Part shown: positions 45,883 through 56,058 of the stretch, piece by piece
Numbering within the stretch: position 1 is the first letter of the stretch
How the letters are laid out: every line of letters starts with the position of its first letter
Source of the DNA: an uncultured Oscillospiraceae bacterium
GTDB taxonomy: Bacteria > Bacillota > Clostridia > Oscillospirales > Oscillospiraceae
Direction of reading: 5' to 3'
NCBI GenBank assembly: GCA_964586875.1
Contig: CAZPJH010000001.1
Coordinates: 6,721-70,720, forward strand
DNA: 64,000 nucleotides
Made by a program: the position numbers and the translations under genes
The notes under the pieces: generated by a model
Told to the model about the DNA's origin: nothing
The model's input: the letters and a program-made list of their open reading frames with translations, nothing else
Databases searched by the model: none

Positions 45883-47911
45883 ATGCTTTCGGGAATGTAA
45901 GCGTTACTTTAAATAAGTCGCCGTCCAGAGTCAGATCCAGATGACCGCCCTGTACCTCTGTCAGACTTTTTGCAATGTTCAGTCCAAGGCCGCTTCCTTC
46001 TGTGTTTCGAGCGGTATCGCCTCGCACAAAACGCTCCAGTAGCTCTTCTGCTGTCATGTTCAGCTCATTTTGGGAAATGTTGCGGATAGAAAGATGCACA
46101 TGCTCTTCCGTGGAAGAAAGATCAATGTACACTCTACTATTGGGGGCAGCGTATTTGACCACGTTACTCAGAAGATTGGACAACACACGCCATAGAAGCC
46201 GTCCGTCCGCAGCGATCAGCAACGGCTCAGCCGGTGCGCGTACCACAGCGGCCAGGGTAGCGGACTCCAGTTTGTCGGCAAACTCCCCCAATGCCTGATT
46301 GGCAGTTTCGACAGCATCCAGGGTGATAAGATTGACATTGAGATTTCCGGTATTGGCTTTGCTCAGTTCCATCAGATCTTCGATCAGCTTTTTCAGCCGC
46401 TGAGATTGGCGAGAAAGCACATCCAAATATTGTACTTCATCTTCTTCGGAGTGGGGCTTTTCCAAAAGATCAACAAAGTTGATAATGGAGGTCAGGGGTG
46501 TTTTAATGTCGTGTGAAACATTGGTGATCAGCTCCGTTTTCATCCGTTCAGAACGCAGCTGATTTTGCATGGCGGTGTTGGCTGCACTGGAAAGGGAATT
46601 GAGTTGCTGGGCACAGGTTTTAAAAGCACCGGATAGGTATTTTTCGGGGATCTGATAATCCAGCGCACCCTGTGCCATCTTCTTCGCACCGATCAGGACG
46701 ACACCGAAGCAGTAGCCGCCGTAGCAAATAAGAAAAAGACTGGCCAAACCACACAGAAGGAACAAAAGGCGAAACACCGGTTCTCCATCCATCACGCCTA
46801 AAACAAAGCCGGCGAAGGTTGCAATGAACATGGCACAGCCGGTAATCAGCCATTGCCAAACCGTTGGCAGCATCTGCAACAGAGCCTGAGCCCCGTGGAA
46901 ACAGAGGCGACAGCATCGGCCAATCATACTGTGACTCCACCAATAGGCACCCTTGCATTTCCACTGGGCTGCCAGAATATAGATAAATCCCAACAGTAAC
47001 GGCATGGCCAGCGCAATGCCGATGAGATTGAATACAAGAACATGGAAGGTGTATATGGTGTCAAAAAGCCCATAGAACAGATGATGCAGAGCTAGGAAAA
47101 GCAGGAAAATAAAGAAAAGATAGATGTCCAGCGGAAGTTTGCTTAATCCATGTAGTTCTACAATGCCGCCTTTGCTGCAGCCGGCCACCCAAATCAGATA
47201 GACCAGCAACGCTATGCCCAGTAACAGGCTGAAAGCAAAGCCCCAGATGAACAGATACCGATAGGGGAAAAAGGTAGAGAGCATTTGGTAGTTGGTATTA
47301 TTAAGCTTACTTTGATCCAATGTGACTGTAGCAGTGAGGGTTATTTCCGTATAGCGAACCTGATAAGAGATCCGCTGGCCACTGACCAGCACTTCGTAAG
47401 TGTAGATGGGCCGCTGGGTGGTGTCGGGGGAGGAGGGGGTAGTGGCTGCCGCCGGTTCTGTGGTCTGGGTGTCTTCTCCGGGGCCCGGATCGCCGCCCTG
47501 ATTGTTGTCCTCGTTGTCACTTTCCGTGGGCACGATCACGGGGCAATCAATGCTCAGAGAATAATCGATGGTGATTCCATCTTTCACATTGTCGCCTCTG
47601 GTGAATACTTCTTCGCCGTCTTCGGTGATGCTGACCAGAGAGCCACCGTAATATGTCAAACCGTAAAGGTGATTGACCAATTCTTTGGGACAATTACCAA
47701 TGCTGGTGGCGGCATATTCTTTGGCGGCGGCCATAGCCAATTTTCGTCCTTCCTCGTAACAAAGGCTCTGGGCCAGAGAATCGGGATATTCCTGGTACAG
47801 GTTGGCGGAAAACAGGGATACTGCGCCGTAGCCGCAAAACAGGGTGGTTAGAAAACAAAGAGTGGCCAGCATAAAGGCGAGCAGTTTTAACAGAAGACTG
47901 TATCGCTTCAC
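45881..47911 (-). CDS. Multi-TM sensor histidine kinase
   Basis: TNVSHDIKTPLT, NLLSNVVKY, RFVRGD, GSGLGL. Confidence 0.92.
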   Translation of the reverse strand: MKRYSLLLKLLAFMLATLCFLTTLFCGYGAVSLFSANLYQEYPDSLAQSLCYEEGRKLAMAAAKEYAATSIGNCPKELVNHLYGLTYYGGSLVSITEDGEEVFTRGDNVKDGITIDYSLSIDCPVIVPTESDNEDNNQGGDPGPGEDTQTTEPAAATTPSSPDTTQRPIYTYEVLVSGQRISYQVRYTEITLTATVTLDQSKLNNTNYQMLSTFFPYRYLFIWGFAFSLLLGIALLVYLIWVAGCSKGGIVELHGLSKLPLDIYLFFIFLLFLALHHLFYGLFDTIYTFHVLVFNLIGIALAMPLLLGFIYILAAQWKCKGAYWWSHSMIGRCCRLCFHGAQALLQMLPTVWQWLITGCAMFIATFAGFVLGVMDGEPVFRLLFLLCGLASLFLICYGGYCFGVVLIGAKKMAQGALDYQIPEKYLSGAFKTCAQQLNSLSSAANTAMQNQLRSERMKTELITNVSHDIKTPLTSIINFVDLLEKPHSEEDEVQYLDVLSRQSQRLKKLIEDLMELSKANTGNLNVNLITLDAVETANQALGEFADKLESATLAAVVRAPAEPLLIAADGRLLWRVLSNLLSNVVKYAAPNSRVYIDLSSTEEHVHLSIRNISQNELNMTAEELLERFVRGDTARNTEGSGLGLNIAKSLTEVQGGHLDLTLDGDLFKVTLTFPKA

Positions 47912-48603
47912 TTGGATCCCTCCATTTTATAACCTTGCCCCCATACAACTTTGATGTAACGGGGCTCGGAAGGATTGATCTCAATTTTTTCCCGTAGGTG
48001 TCGGATATGTACGGCCACAGCGCCTTCGCTGCCCAGTGCGGTTTCCTGCCAAACGGACTCGTAGAGTGCTTTGGTGGAATAGACCTTGCCGGGGTTTCGG
48101 ATCAGCAGATTTAAAATGCTGTATTCCGTGGGAGTCAGGGTGACAGGGTTGCCGTCAACAGTAACATTTTTGGTGCGGTCGTTGAGGACGATGCCGCCGA
48201 TGGCGATAGTGTCCGGGGCGGCCTGGGACTGGGTGCCCAGAAGGGCATACCGCCGAAGATGGCTGCGCACACGAGCCAATACTTCCAATGGGACAAAGGG
48301 TTTTGTAATATAATCATCTGCGCCGATGTTCAGTCCCAAAACAATATCCTCAGTTTCGGATTTTGCCGTCAGGAACAGAATAGGCACATTGGAAAATTCT
48401 CGAATTTTAGAAGCGGTGGTGATGCCGTCCATGCCAGGCATCATGATATCCAAGAGGATCAGATGGATCTCATTGTTTTTGACAATGCTCAGGGCTTCGG
48501 CACCGTTATAGGCCACATGGAGTTGATAGCCTTCGGGTTTCAAGTAAATCGTTAAAGCACTGACAATATCTTTTTGGTCATCGCAGATCAGAACGTGATA
48601 CAT
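47908..48603 (-). CDS. OmpR-family response regulator
   Basis: CDDQ, LDIMMP, GADDYITKPF, VAVHIRHLREKIE. Confidence 0.93.
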   Translation of the reverse strand: MYHVLICDDQKDIVSALTIYLKPEGYQLHVAYNGAEALSIVKNNEIHLILLDIMMPGMDGITTASKIREFSNVPILFLTAKSETEDIVLGLNIGADDYITKPFVPLEVLARVRSHLRRYALLGTQSQAAPDTIAIGGIVLNDRTKNVTVDGNPVTLTPTEYSILNLLIRNPGKVYSTKALYESVWQETALGSEGAVAVHIRHLREKIEINPSEPRYIKVVWGQGYKMEGSK

Positions 48604-48671
48604 GGGGCGATCCCTCCTTTCCAAACATTATAGCAGATATCCACGAAAGATGAAAGTGGTATTTCAAAACA

Positions 48672-48705
48672 AATTTGGGGTGACAGCATTGCTGTCACCC
48701 CAAAA
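48672..48705 (-). terminator. Terminator after the CNNM gene
   Basis: tttggggtgacagc-att-gctgtcaccccaaa. Confidence 0.75.
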
Positions 48706-49959
48706 TCAATTTTCTACAGGTTCTTCTGCTTTCTCCTGCCGCAGGACGGATACCCGCTCTGCCCGGTGATTTTCCACAGCAGTAACGGTGATCTGCAAAT
48801 CCTGATAGATGAACTGATCGGATTCTTCCGGAATTCTGCCCAGCTGTTCGGCGATCCAGCCGCCCAGAGATACCATTTCGGAGTCGGCCTCAATGTCGAA
48901 ATGTTCACAGAATTCGTCCAGATCCATGGAGCAGTCCACTTCAAAGTGGTCGTCGCTGACCTGGTTGAACTCCTCGACAACGTCGTCGTGTTCATCGTAA
49001 ATGTCGCCGACCAGCTCCTCTAAAATATCCTCCATGGTAACGATGCCATATGTTCCGCCGTATTCGTCCAGCACCACAGCAATATGAGATTTGTTCTTTT
49101 GCAGCTGCCGCAAAAGAGGACTGATCTTTTCGTTTTTCAGAACGAAGATGGTGGGACTGATGATATCCTTGAGCTTTTTGCCGGTAATGCCGTTGCCGGT
49201 GTAGAAATCTTTCAGATGGATAACACCGACGATCTTATCGATGCTTTCCTCGTACACCAAGATTCGGGAGAATTTACTCTCGGAGAAGACCTGAGCGATC
49301 TGCTCTTTGGTGGCGGTGATGGGCACAGCTTCCAGATCCACCCGGTGGGTCAGGATATCCTCAGCTTCCAGCTCGGTAAATTCGATGGCATTGCGTAGCA
49401 GTTCGCCCTCATTTTGGTCGATGCTGCCGTCCTGCTCGACCTCGTCCACCAGCATCAGCAGTTCTTCCTGGCTCATCTTGGTGTCGGACTCTGTTTTGAA
49501 GATCTTGGCCACCAGCTTTTTCCAGGCGGAGAAAACGGCGGTCAGGGGGGTCAGTACAATGATCAGCGCATTCAGGAAGGGTGCGGAGAACATGGCGAAT
49601 TTTTCCGGTATATCCTTGGCAATGCTCTTGGGGGTGATCTCACCGAAGATCAGCACCACCACCGTGATGACTACCGTGGAAACAGTGGCACCGGTATCCG
49701 GGTTTTGCAGCAACTCCACAAACAGCAGTGTACCCAGAGAAGATGCACCGATGTTGACGATATTGTTGCCGATCAAAATAGTGGAGATCAGCTTGTCGTA
49801 ATTATCAGAGAGTTTACAGGCAAGGATCGCCTTTTTGTTGTCCTTTTCGGCAAGGGTCTTCGTTCTGGTCTTATTCATGGAAGAAAAGGCTGTTTCTGTG
49901 GCGGAAAAATAGGCAGAAAACAGCAGACATATTGCAATAATGATGATATAAGCGGTCAT
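48706..49959 (-). CDS. CNNM/DUF21-CBS-CorC (hemolysin family) transporter, probable Mg2+/Co2+ exporter
   Basis: FSATETAF, ILIGNNIVN, FGEITPKS, CBS pair, LDEYGG..GIVTMEDILEELVG. Confidence 0.92.
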   Translation of the reverse strand: MTAYIIIIAICLLFSAYFSATETAFSSMNKTRTKTLAEKDNKKAILACKLSDNYDKLISTILIGNNIVNIGASSLGTLLFVELLQNPDTGATVSTVVITVVVLIFGEITPKSIAKDIPEKFAMFSAPFLNALIIVLTPLTAVFSAWKKLVAKIFKTESDTKMSQEELLMLVDEVEQDGSIDQNEGELLRNAIEFTELEAEDILTHRVDLEAVPITATKEQIAQVFSESKFSRILVYEESIDKIVGVIHLKDFYTGNGITGKKLKDIISPTIFVLKNEKISPLLRQLQKNKSHIAVVLDEYGGTYGIVTMEDILEELVGDIYDEHDDVVEEFNQVSDDHFEVDCSMDLDEFCEHFDIEADSEMVSLGGWIAEQLGRIPEESDQFIYQDLQITVTAVENHRAERVSVLRQEKAEEPVEN

Positions 49960-50007
49960 GGAAACAGTAACTCCTTATTCTATGTTCAAAAATCTCCAAA
50001 AAGGTGC

Positions 50008-50049
50008 AAAAAAACACATCCACCCTGCTTCTTAGCAGCGCAGATATGC
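50008..50049 (-). terminator. Leader terminator overlapping the uORF stop codon
   Basis: mRNA cauaucugcgcugcu-aaga-agcaggguggaugug-uuuuuuu (several G-U pairs, one mismatch). Confidence 0.65.
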
Positions 50050-50109
50050 CATACAAACAGAACACATTATGAAGTTACAATTGGGCGCGTCACTACTGTC
50101 GCCGTCCAT
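50032..50109 (-). CDS. Putative 25-aa leader peptide MDGDSSDAPNCNFIMCSVCMAYLRC
   Basis: AGGAGGT RBS 8 nt upstream; lies between the promoter and the CNNM gene; below the ORF-track length cutoff. Confidence 0.65.
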   Translation of the reverse strand: MDGDSSDAPNCNFIMCSVCMAYLRC

Positions 50110-50144
50110 TTCAGACTACCTCCTGTCAAAATGATATTGCGACC

Positions 50145-50173
50145 ATTGTAGCCTAAGTGGGGACAGAAGTCAA
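50145..50173 (-). promoter_or_regulatory. Sigma-A promoter for the uORF-CNNM transcript
   Basis: TTGACT-17-TACAAT on the minus strand. Confidence 0.7.
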
Positions 50174-50337
50174 GGGCAGAAGTGTAAATTGTATAAAATG
50201 GACAAAAAAGGGGGATCATGTCCGATTTTCTCCCGGATTATACTGTGCGAAAATGGCAAAAACAGGGAAGGCTTAAAAGCCGCGTTTACAAGCAATGGCG
50301 GTTATGGTATAATGGACGAAAAAATGGAGGTATTTTT

Positions 50338-50871
50338 ATGAATACATTTGAAACCTTATTTTGCCGGAAGTCCGTCCGCAGCTATACCGGGCAACAGGTG
50401 ACGGAAGAAGAGCTGACGATGGTTTTAAAGGCGGCCAATGCTGCACCCATCGGACGTGGCATTTACGATGGGGTGCATCTGACGGTGGTTCAAAATCCGG
50501 ATCTGCTCCGGCAGATCGATGCCAATGGCGCAGCCTTCTTTGGCAATCCCAGCCTGACACCTCTGTACCATGCGCCCACATTGATCCTGGTGTCCTGCCA
50601 AAAGCCTGCCCCCGGTATGGAGAATGTGACATTCTCTAACGGGGCGATCGTGGTGCATAATATGGCTTTGGCAGCGGTAGAATTGGGCCTGGGTCAATGC
50701 TGCATCTGGGGTGCAGCCATGGCACTGTCCAAAAATGAAGATCTGGTGAAAAAACTCCACTTGCCCGAGAGTTTTACGGTCTGCTGCGGTCTGATTTTGG
50801 GAAAAACCGAGGAAAACTATACCTTACGACAGGTAGCAGAGCATCGCATTGGCTGCAATTTTGAGAAATAA
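50338..50871 (+). CDS. Nitroreductase family protein
   Basis: RKSVRSY, AANAAP, NMALAAVELGLG.C. Confidence 0.9.
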   Translation: MNTFETLFCRKSVRSYTGQQVTEEELTMVLKAANAAPIGRGIYDGVHLTVVQNPDLLRQIDANGAAFFGNPSLTPLYHAPTLILVSCQKPAPGMENVTFSNGAIVVHNMALAAVELGLGQCCIWGAAMALSKNEDLVKKLHLPESFTVCCGLILGKTEENYTLRQVAEHRIGCNFEK

Positions 50872-51030
50872 AGCAATTTTTTTCATGCAGAGGAGGTAAA
50901 ATCCTACATTACGTGTAGTTTGCCTGAAGATTGGCCGGGAAGCATTGATTTTCAAAAATGCCTGTGCTATAATCGCATACACAGAGGTTAAAAGATCATA
51001 TATAGGTACACCGTTTGGACAAGGAGGACA

Positions 51031-51624
51031 ATGATGTTTTTAAATCGATCAGGCAAACGTCAAATCATTGTATTGTCATTGGCCATCCTATTTTGCGTTG
51101 GTTGCTTGACTGGTGCGACGCTGGCGCTGTTCACCAATGAGCCGGAAAAAGGCACCATTGGTGTGGTCACCGTCGCCGGCAATGTAAAAATGGATATTGT
51201 GGATGCCTCTGATTCGCCCCAGTCGTTGGTGGGGAGTGTGCTGGATTTCCAGACCTCTGGCGGCCAACGGGAGGTGCGTTTTGAGCCGGGTGCTTCCTTC
51301 TGTACCCAGGGCTTTCGGATGAAAAATGACGGCACTGTGACGTTAAATTTCAGACTGTCCATCAGCGAGGATGAACAGATGGATATGGAGGCATTTGAAG
51401 AAGCGTTTGAACTGTGGATCACCACAGACCCCACCGACTTGAATGGGGCTACCCGGATCACCTCTTTTACAGACCGACTGGAACCGGGGCAGAGTACCGG
51501 TATCTATTATTTGATCCTGCGTATGAAGGAAACAGCCGGAAATGATTTTCAGGGTGCTGCTTATTCCGGTATCGGCGTTACAGCCTATGCAGTACAGGGC
51601 AATGTCCACCAAGGGCAATGGTAA
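51031..51624 (+). CDS. TasA/camelysin-like secreted protein with a SipW-type signal
   Basis: Signal ending GATLALFT; FEPG..KNDG..; LRMKETAGNDFQG....I..TAYAVQ. Confidence 0.75.
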   Translation: MMFLNRSGKRQIIVLSLAILFCVGCLTGATLALFTNEPEKGTIGVVTVAGNVKMDIVDASDSPQSLVGSVLDFQTSGGQREVRFEPGASFCTQGFRMKNDGTVTLNFRLSISEDEQMDMEAFEEAFELWITTDPTDLNGATRITSFTDRLEPGQSTGIYYLILRMKETAGNDFQGAAYSGIGVTAYAVQGNVHQGQW

Positions 51625-51653
51625 GACAGTGACATCCGGCTCCATACAACATA

Positions 51654-51689
51654 AAAAAGCGTGTTGCATTTATTTGCAACACGCTTTTT
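51654..51689. repeat. GGCGTGTTGCA-family palindrome / bidirectional terminator, copy 4
   Basis: aaaaagcgtgttgca-tttatt-tgcaacacgcttttt. Confidence 0.7.
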
Positions 51690-51690
51690 C

Positions 51691-51867
51691 TTATACCCGG
51701 TGGCCATCGCCAAATGCGCAGATCAGCACATCCTCTTCCCGATAACCGTTGCCCCACCAGGAGGCAAACTTCTTGTGTACCTTGGCCTTTGCTTCCTCGT
51801 CGTTTTCTGCTAAGACCAGTGTTTTAAAATCCTGAGCGCTGTTTTTGATCATGCCGACATATGTCAT
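51691..51867 (-). CDS. Small hypothetical protein (58 aa), absent from the ORF track
   Basis: MTYVGMIKNSAQDFKTLVLAENDEEAKAKVHKKFASWWGNGYREEDVLICAFGDGHRV*; AAGGAGG RBS; terminator directly after the stop. Confidence 0.7.
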   Translation of the reverse strand: MTYVGMIKNSAQDFKTLVLAENDEEAKAKVHKKFASWWGNGYREEDVLICAFGDGHRV

Positions 51868-52029
51868 ATCAATTCCTCCTTCTTGTGGTGCCGTGTTTTC
51901 TTGTGTTTATCTTATCACAAGAATGAGAGAAAAGCGACAATTATTTTTGCCAAAAATAAAGAGTCGCAAAAACACGACAGTTAAACAAGAATGTAGGCGT
52001 GATGCACCCAAAAATACATCACGCCTGTG

Positions 52030-52509
52030 TTATAAAAGGCATATATCGGCCAGAGAAAAGTCAATGACCTTCCCCAGATCTTCCAACGTCAGTTCTACCT
52101 GATAGCCAATTTTTCCACCGCTGAACAGGATGGTCGTTTGGGCTTGGGCGGATGAATGGATGGTGGTGGTAAAAAACTTTTTCATGCCGATGGGGGAACA
52201 GCCCCCGTGAACATATCCGGTCATAGACAGAAGATCCCTGGATCTAAGCATTTCAATGCTCTTTTCGCCGACGGCTTTTGCCGCCTTCTTCAAATCCAGT
52301 TCCCTGCAAACGGGAATAACGAAGACGTAATGGTTTTTGCTGTGTCCCACGGTTACCAGGGTCTTGAATACCTGCTGTGGATCTTGATGGAGAACTTTTG
52401 CCACTTCTTCGCCGCTGATGGCATCGGTGTTGGCATAGCAGTGGGATCGGTAGGGGACTTTCTTTTGATCAAGAATACGCATGACATTGGTTTTTTCCTG
52501 TTTTTTCAT
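52030..52509 (-). CDS. ybaK: Cys-tRNA(Pro) deacylase
   Basis: KTNVMRILD, VFKTLV, LDLKKAAK, TGYVHGGCSPIG. Confidence 0.93.
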   Translation of the reverse strand: MKKQEKTNVMRILDQKKVPYRSHCYANTDAISGEEVAKVLHQDPQQVFKTLVTVGHSKNHYVFVIPVCRELDLKKAAKAVGEKSIEMLRSRDLLSMTGYVHGGCSPIGMKKFFTTTIHSSAQAQTTILFSGGKIGYQVELTLEDLGKVIDFSLADICLL

Positions 52510-52663
52510 GGCTAATACCTCGTCGGAACTTTTCGAATAGTATAGCACGATCTGTCTGTCATTGCAAATCCAATGGCCAATTTCCCAAATGTGAAATTTT
52601 TATTATCTTTTTTGGTAGTCGCTTGACTTTTGGGGAGAATGGAGTATAGTTAGGATAAAAGAA

Positions 52664-52690
52664 TTAGCACTCTCGACGGTAGAGTGCTAA
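52664..52690 (+). promoter_or_regulatory. CIRCE element (HrcA operator) upstream of clpB
   Basis: Exact TTAGCACTC-N9-GAGTGCTAA, downstream of TTGACT-16-TATAGT (52623-52650). Confidence 0.95.
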
Positions 52691-52710
52691 AATGGAAAGG
52701 AAGGATGGCT

Positions 52711-55302
52711 ATGACATTCAATAACTATACCCAGAAATCTCTGGAAGCTATCCAGAGCGCACAGGAAATTGCTGTGCAGAATTCTAATCAGCAACTGGAG
52801 CAGTCCCATCTCTTGCTGGCACTTCTGCAACAGGAGGGAGGCCTGATTGCCCAATTGCTGCGGAAGATGGGTGTCAATGTGGAAAGCTTTCAGGCTGCCA
52901 CAAAAGCGGAAGTTCAGAAACTGCCCGGTGTGACAGGTAGCCGGGAGGCTGACCGATTTTATATCAGTGCCGATGTGGATACCACATTGAAGGCTGCCCA
53001 ACAGCAGGCTCAGTCCATGAAGGATGATTTTATTTCCGTGGAGCATCTGCTGCTGGCACTGATGGAAACGGCCAAGGGCGGCGTAAAGGAGCTGTTTGAA
53101 ACCTATCGCATCACAAAAGAGGGGGCACTGCAGGCGTTGCAGGGCATCCGTGGCAATCAGCGGGTGACCACTGATCATCCAGAGGGAACTTATGACGCCC
53201 TTGAAAAGTATGGTACGGATCTGGTCAAACGGGCACGGGAGCAGAAGCAGGATCCGGTCATCGGCCGTGATGAGGAAATACGAAATGTGATTCGAATTTT
53301 GTCCAGAAAAACAAAAAACAACCCTGTTTTGATCGGTGAACCCGGTGTTGGTAAGACTGCCATTGCCGAAGGCCTGGCTCAGCGGATCGTGAAGAAAGAT
53401 GTGCCTAAAACCTTACAGGATAAGACGATATTCTCTCTGGATATGGGTGCGCTGATCGCCGGTGCAAAATATCGGGGCGAATTTGAAGAGCGGCTGAAGG
53501 CGGTTCTCAACGAAGTGAAGGAGTCGGAAGGCCGTATTATTCTATTTATTGACGAACTGCACACCATTGTGGGCGCAGGCAAGACCGAGGGAAGTATGGA
53601 TGCAGGCAATTTGCTCAAGCCCATGTTGGCACGAGGGGAATTACACTGCATCGGTGCAACGACTTTGGATGAGTACCGCCAGTATATCGAAAAAGATCCG
53701 GCTTTGGAGCGGCGGTTCCAACCGGTACAGGTTGACGAACCGACGGTGGAGGAAACCATTTCCATTTTAAGAGGATTGAAAGAGCGGTATGAGGTGTTCC
53801 ATGGTGTAAAAATTGCGGATTCGGCAATCATTGCAGCGGCAACATTGTCCCACCGCTATATTACGGATCGTTTTCTGCCGGATAAGGCCATTGACCTGGT
53901 GGATGAGGCTTGTGCCCAGATCCGTACAGAGCTGGATTCCAGCCCTGCTGCATTGGATGCGGTGTCCAGAAAGATCATCCAGATGGAAATTGAGGCTGCT
54001 GCACTGAAAAAAGAGGATGATGAACTTTCTAAGGGAAGACTGACCCAACTGCAAAAAGAACTGGCAGAGGAACGGGATAATTACAATGCCATGAAAGCCC
54101 AGTGGGAAAATGAAAAAAATGCCATTGGTCGTGTGCAGCAGCTGCGGGAACAGATCGAGGATCTCAGACGACAGATCGAGGCTGCTCAACAGCGTTATGA
54201 TCTGGAAAAGGCAGCAGAATTGCAATATGGTCAGTTGCCCAAAATGGAAAAGGCGTTACAGGAAGAAGAGTGGCGTGCCCAGACGAGAAAAGATACCGTC
54301 ATGCTCCGGGATCGAGTGACGGAGGAAGAAATTGCCCGGATCGTGGAACGATGGACAGGCATTCCTGTTTTCAGACTGGTGCAGAGTGAACGGGAGAAAC
54401 TGTTGCATTTGGATGAAACTCTGCATCAAAGGGTCATCGGGCAGGATGAAGCGGTGCGAGCGGTGGCAGAGGCTATCCAGCGCAGCCGTGCCGGTATTCA
54501 GGATCCCAATCGTCCCATTGGCTCGTTTTTGTTCCTTGGCCCCACAGGCGTCGGCAAGACGGAATTGGCGAAGGCGTTGGCTCAGACTCTTTTTGATGAT
54601 GAACAGAACATGGTTCGGATCGATATGTCCGAATATATGGAGAAATACGCTGTGTCCCGTCTGATCGGTGCGCCTCCCGGATATGTGGGTTACGACGAAG
54701 GCGGACAGCTGACGGAAGCGGTTCGCCGGAAACCCTACTGCGTGGTGCTGTTTGATGAGGTGGAGAAGGCCCATCCGGATGTGTTCAATGTGCTGCTGCA
54801 AGTGCTGGATGACGGACGGATCACCGATTCCCAAGGCCGGACGGTGGATTTTAAGAATACCATTATTATTCTGACCTCTAATTTGGGTTCAGAGTATTTG
54901 CTCGGTGGCATCAATGCGGATGGTACCATCGACGAAAAGGCAAAACAGCAAGTCCATGGACTGTTGCGCCGTTCCTTTAGACCGGAGTTTCTGAACCGGT
55001 TGGATGAGATCGTGTTCTATAAGCCCCTGACCAAGGAAAATGTCACCGGCATTATTGATTTGCTGGTTGAAAAATTGAATCAGCGGCTGGCAGAGCAGCA
55101 GATCCTCGTAGTGTTGACGGAAAATGCGAAAACTGCCATTGTGGATGCCGCTTACGATCCCCAGTTCGGCGCAAGGCCGCTGCGCCGCTATTTACAGCAT
55201 ACGGTGGAAACCATGCTCAGCCGAAAACTGCTTCGTGGGGACATTCTGCCGGGCAGTACCGTGACCGTGGACGAAGAAAACGGAGAACTGGTGATCAGAT
55301 GA
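52711..55302 (+). CDS. clpB: ATP-dependent chaperone ClpB (alternative start at 52705)
   Basis: [14 protein letters not shown], coiled-coil M domain, [24 protein letters not shown]. Confidence 0.97.
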   Translation: MTFNNYTQKSLEAIQSAQEIAVQNSNQQLEQSHLLLALLQQEGGLIAQLLRKMGVNVESFQAATKAEVQKLPGVTGSREADRFYISADVDTTLKAAQQQAQSMKDDFISVEHLLLALMETAKGGVKELFETYRITKEGALQALQGIRGNQRVTTDHPEGTYDALEKYGTDLVKRAREQKQDPVIGRDEEIRNVIRILSRKTKNNPVLIGEPGVGKTAIAEGLAQRIVKKDVPKTLQDKTIFSLDMGALIAGAKYRGEFEERLKAVLNEVKESEGRIILFIDELHTIVGAGKTEGSMDAGNLLKPMLARGELHCIGATTLDEYRQYIEKDPALERRFQPVQVDEPTVEETISILRGLKERYEVFHGVKIADSAIIAAATLSHRYITDRFLPDKAIDLVDEACAQIRTELDSSPAALDAVSRKIIQMEIEAAALKKEDDELSKGRLTQLQKELAEERDNYNAMKAQWENEKNAIGRVQQLREQIEDLRRQIEAAQQRYDLEKAAELQYGQLPKMEKALQEEEWRAQTRKDTVMLRDRVTEEEIARIVERWTGIPVFRLVQSEREKLLHLDETLHQRVIGQDEAVRAVAEAIQRSRAGIQDPNRPIGSFLFLGPTGVGKTELAKALAQTLFDDEQNMVRIDMSEYMEKYAVSRLIGAPPGYVGYDEGGQLTEAVRRKPYCVVLFDEVEKAHPDVFNVLLQVLDDGRITDSQGRTVDFKNTIIILTSNLGSEYLLGGINADGTIDEKAKQQVHGLLRRSFRPEFLNRLDEIVFYKPLTKENVTGIIDLLVEKLNQRLAEQQILVVLTENAKTAIVDAAYDPQFGARPLRRYLQHTVETMLSRKLLRGDILPGSTVTVDEENGELVIR

Positions 55303-55308
55303 CCAAAG

Positions 55309-55341
55309 ACCGCCGATGCCCTCAAAGGGCATCGGCGGTTT
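55309..55341. terminator. Bidirectional terminator
   Basis: accgccgatgccct-caa-agggcatcggcggt. Confidence 0.8.
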
Positions 55342-55343
55342 GC

Positions 55344-55904
55344 TTATTTCAGGGTTAAACCATCGTGGAAGGCTTGACCTACCTGTTCTCCCAGAACCAG
55401 GTAAGTGTGGTGGAAGGAATCGTAGGTAATGGGGCGCAGTTTGGCAACGTCCACTTTGCCATGCTGATCCAAAATGGACTCATCGGCGCAGACATTGACG
55501 ATTTGCCCCACCAGACGGCAGGTTTCGGCATCGTAGGAGATCAGTTTGCACTCTAAAGCCAGGGGAAGTTCGTCGATAAGAGGTGCATCCACAAATTCAG
55601 AGGGGGCTGCGTGGAAGCCGGCCTTGGCAAACTTATTTGGCTCTTTGTTGCCGGACACCAGACCTACATAGTCGCAGGCAACCAGATGGTCAGCGGTGGC
55701 CATGGATACGGTGAAGGCCTTTCTTGCCAGAATATTTTCAGTGGTTTTGTGGTCGGCACTGACGCAGATGGAAATTTCCGTTTCCTCGCTGATGCCGCCC
55801 CAGGCAGCGTTCATGGCATTGGGAGTGCCGTCAACGCTGTATGTGCCGATGATGTAGACCGGCATAGGATAGCAGGCTGCTTTTGCTCCAAAATTTTTAC
55901 GCAT
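55344..55904 (-). CDS. Flavin reductase / flavoredoxin family protein
   Basis: PMPVYIIGTY..DGTPNAMNAAWGG, HKTTENI, DYVGLVSG, APLIDELP. Confidence 0.9.
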   Translation of the reverse strand: MRKNFGAKAACYPMPVYIIGTYSVDGTPNAMNAAWGGISEETEISICVSADHKTTENILARKAFTVSMATADHLVACDYVGLVSGNKEPNKFAKAGFHAAPSEFVDAPLIDELPLALECKLISYDAETCRLVGQIVNVCADESILDQHGKVDVAKLRPITYDSFHHTYLVLGEQVGQAFHDGLTLK

Positions 55905-55926
55905 GATTTGTCCTCCAAATGAAAAA

Positions 55927-56058
55927 TTAGTAACAGCCGTTGCAGCTGGAACAATCGCCGCAGCATCCGCCTTTTTTTCGGCGGTTGCGAATGATAAGAA
56001 TGGCTCCAACCACGGCGCAGATGATGCCGGCAATCAGCAGGTAATCGGAAAGGCTCAT
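55927..56058 (-). CDS. FeoB-associated Cys-rich membrane protein
   Basis: MSLSDYLLIAGII...RRKKGGCCGDCSSCNGCY; overlaps the feoB stop. Confidence 0.85.
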   Translation of the reverse strand: MSLSDYLLIAGIICAVVGAILIIRNRRKKGGCCGDCSSCNGCY

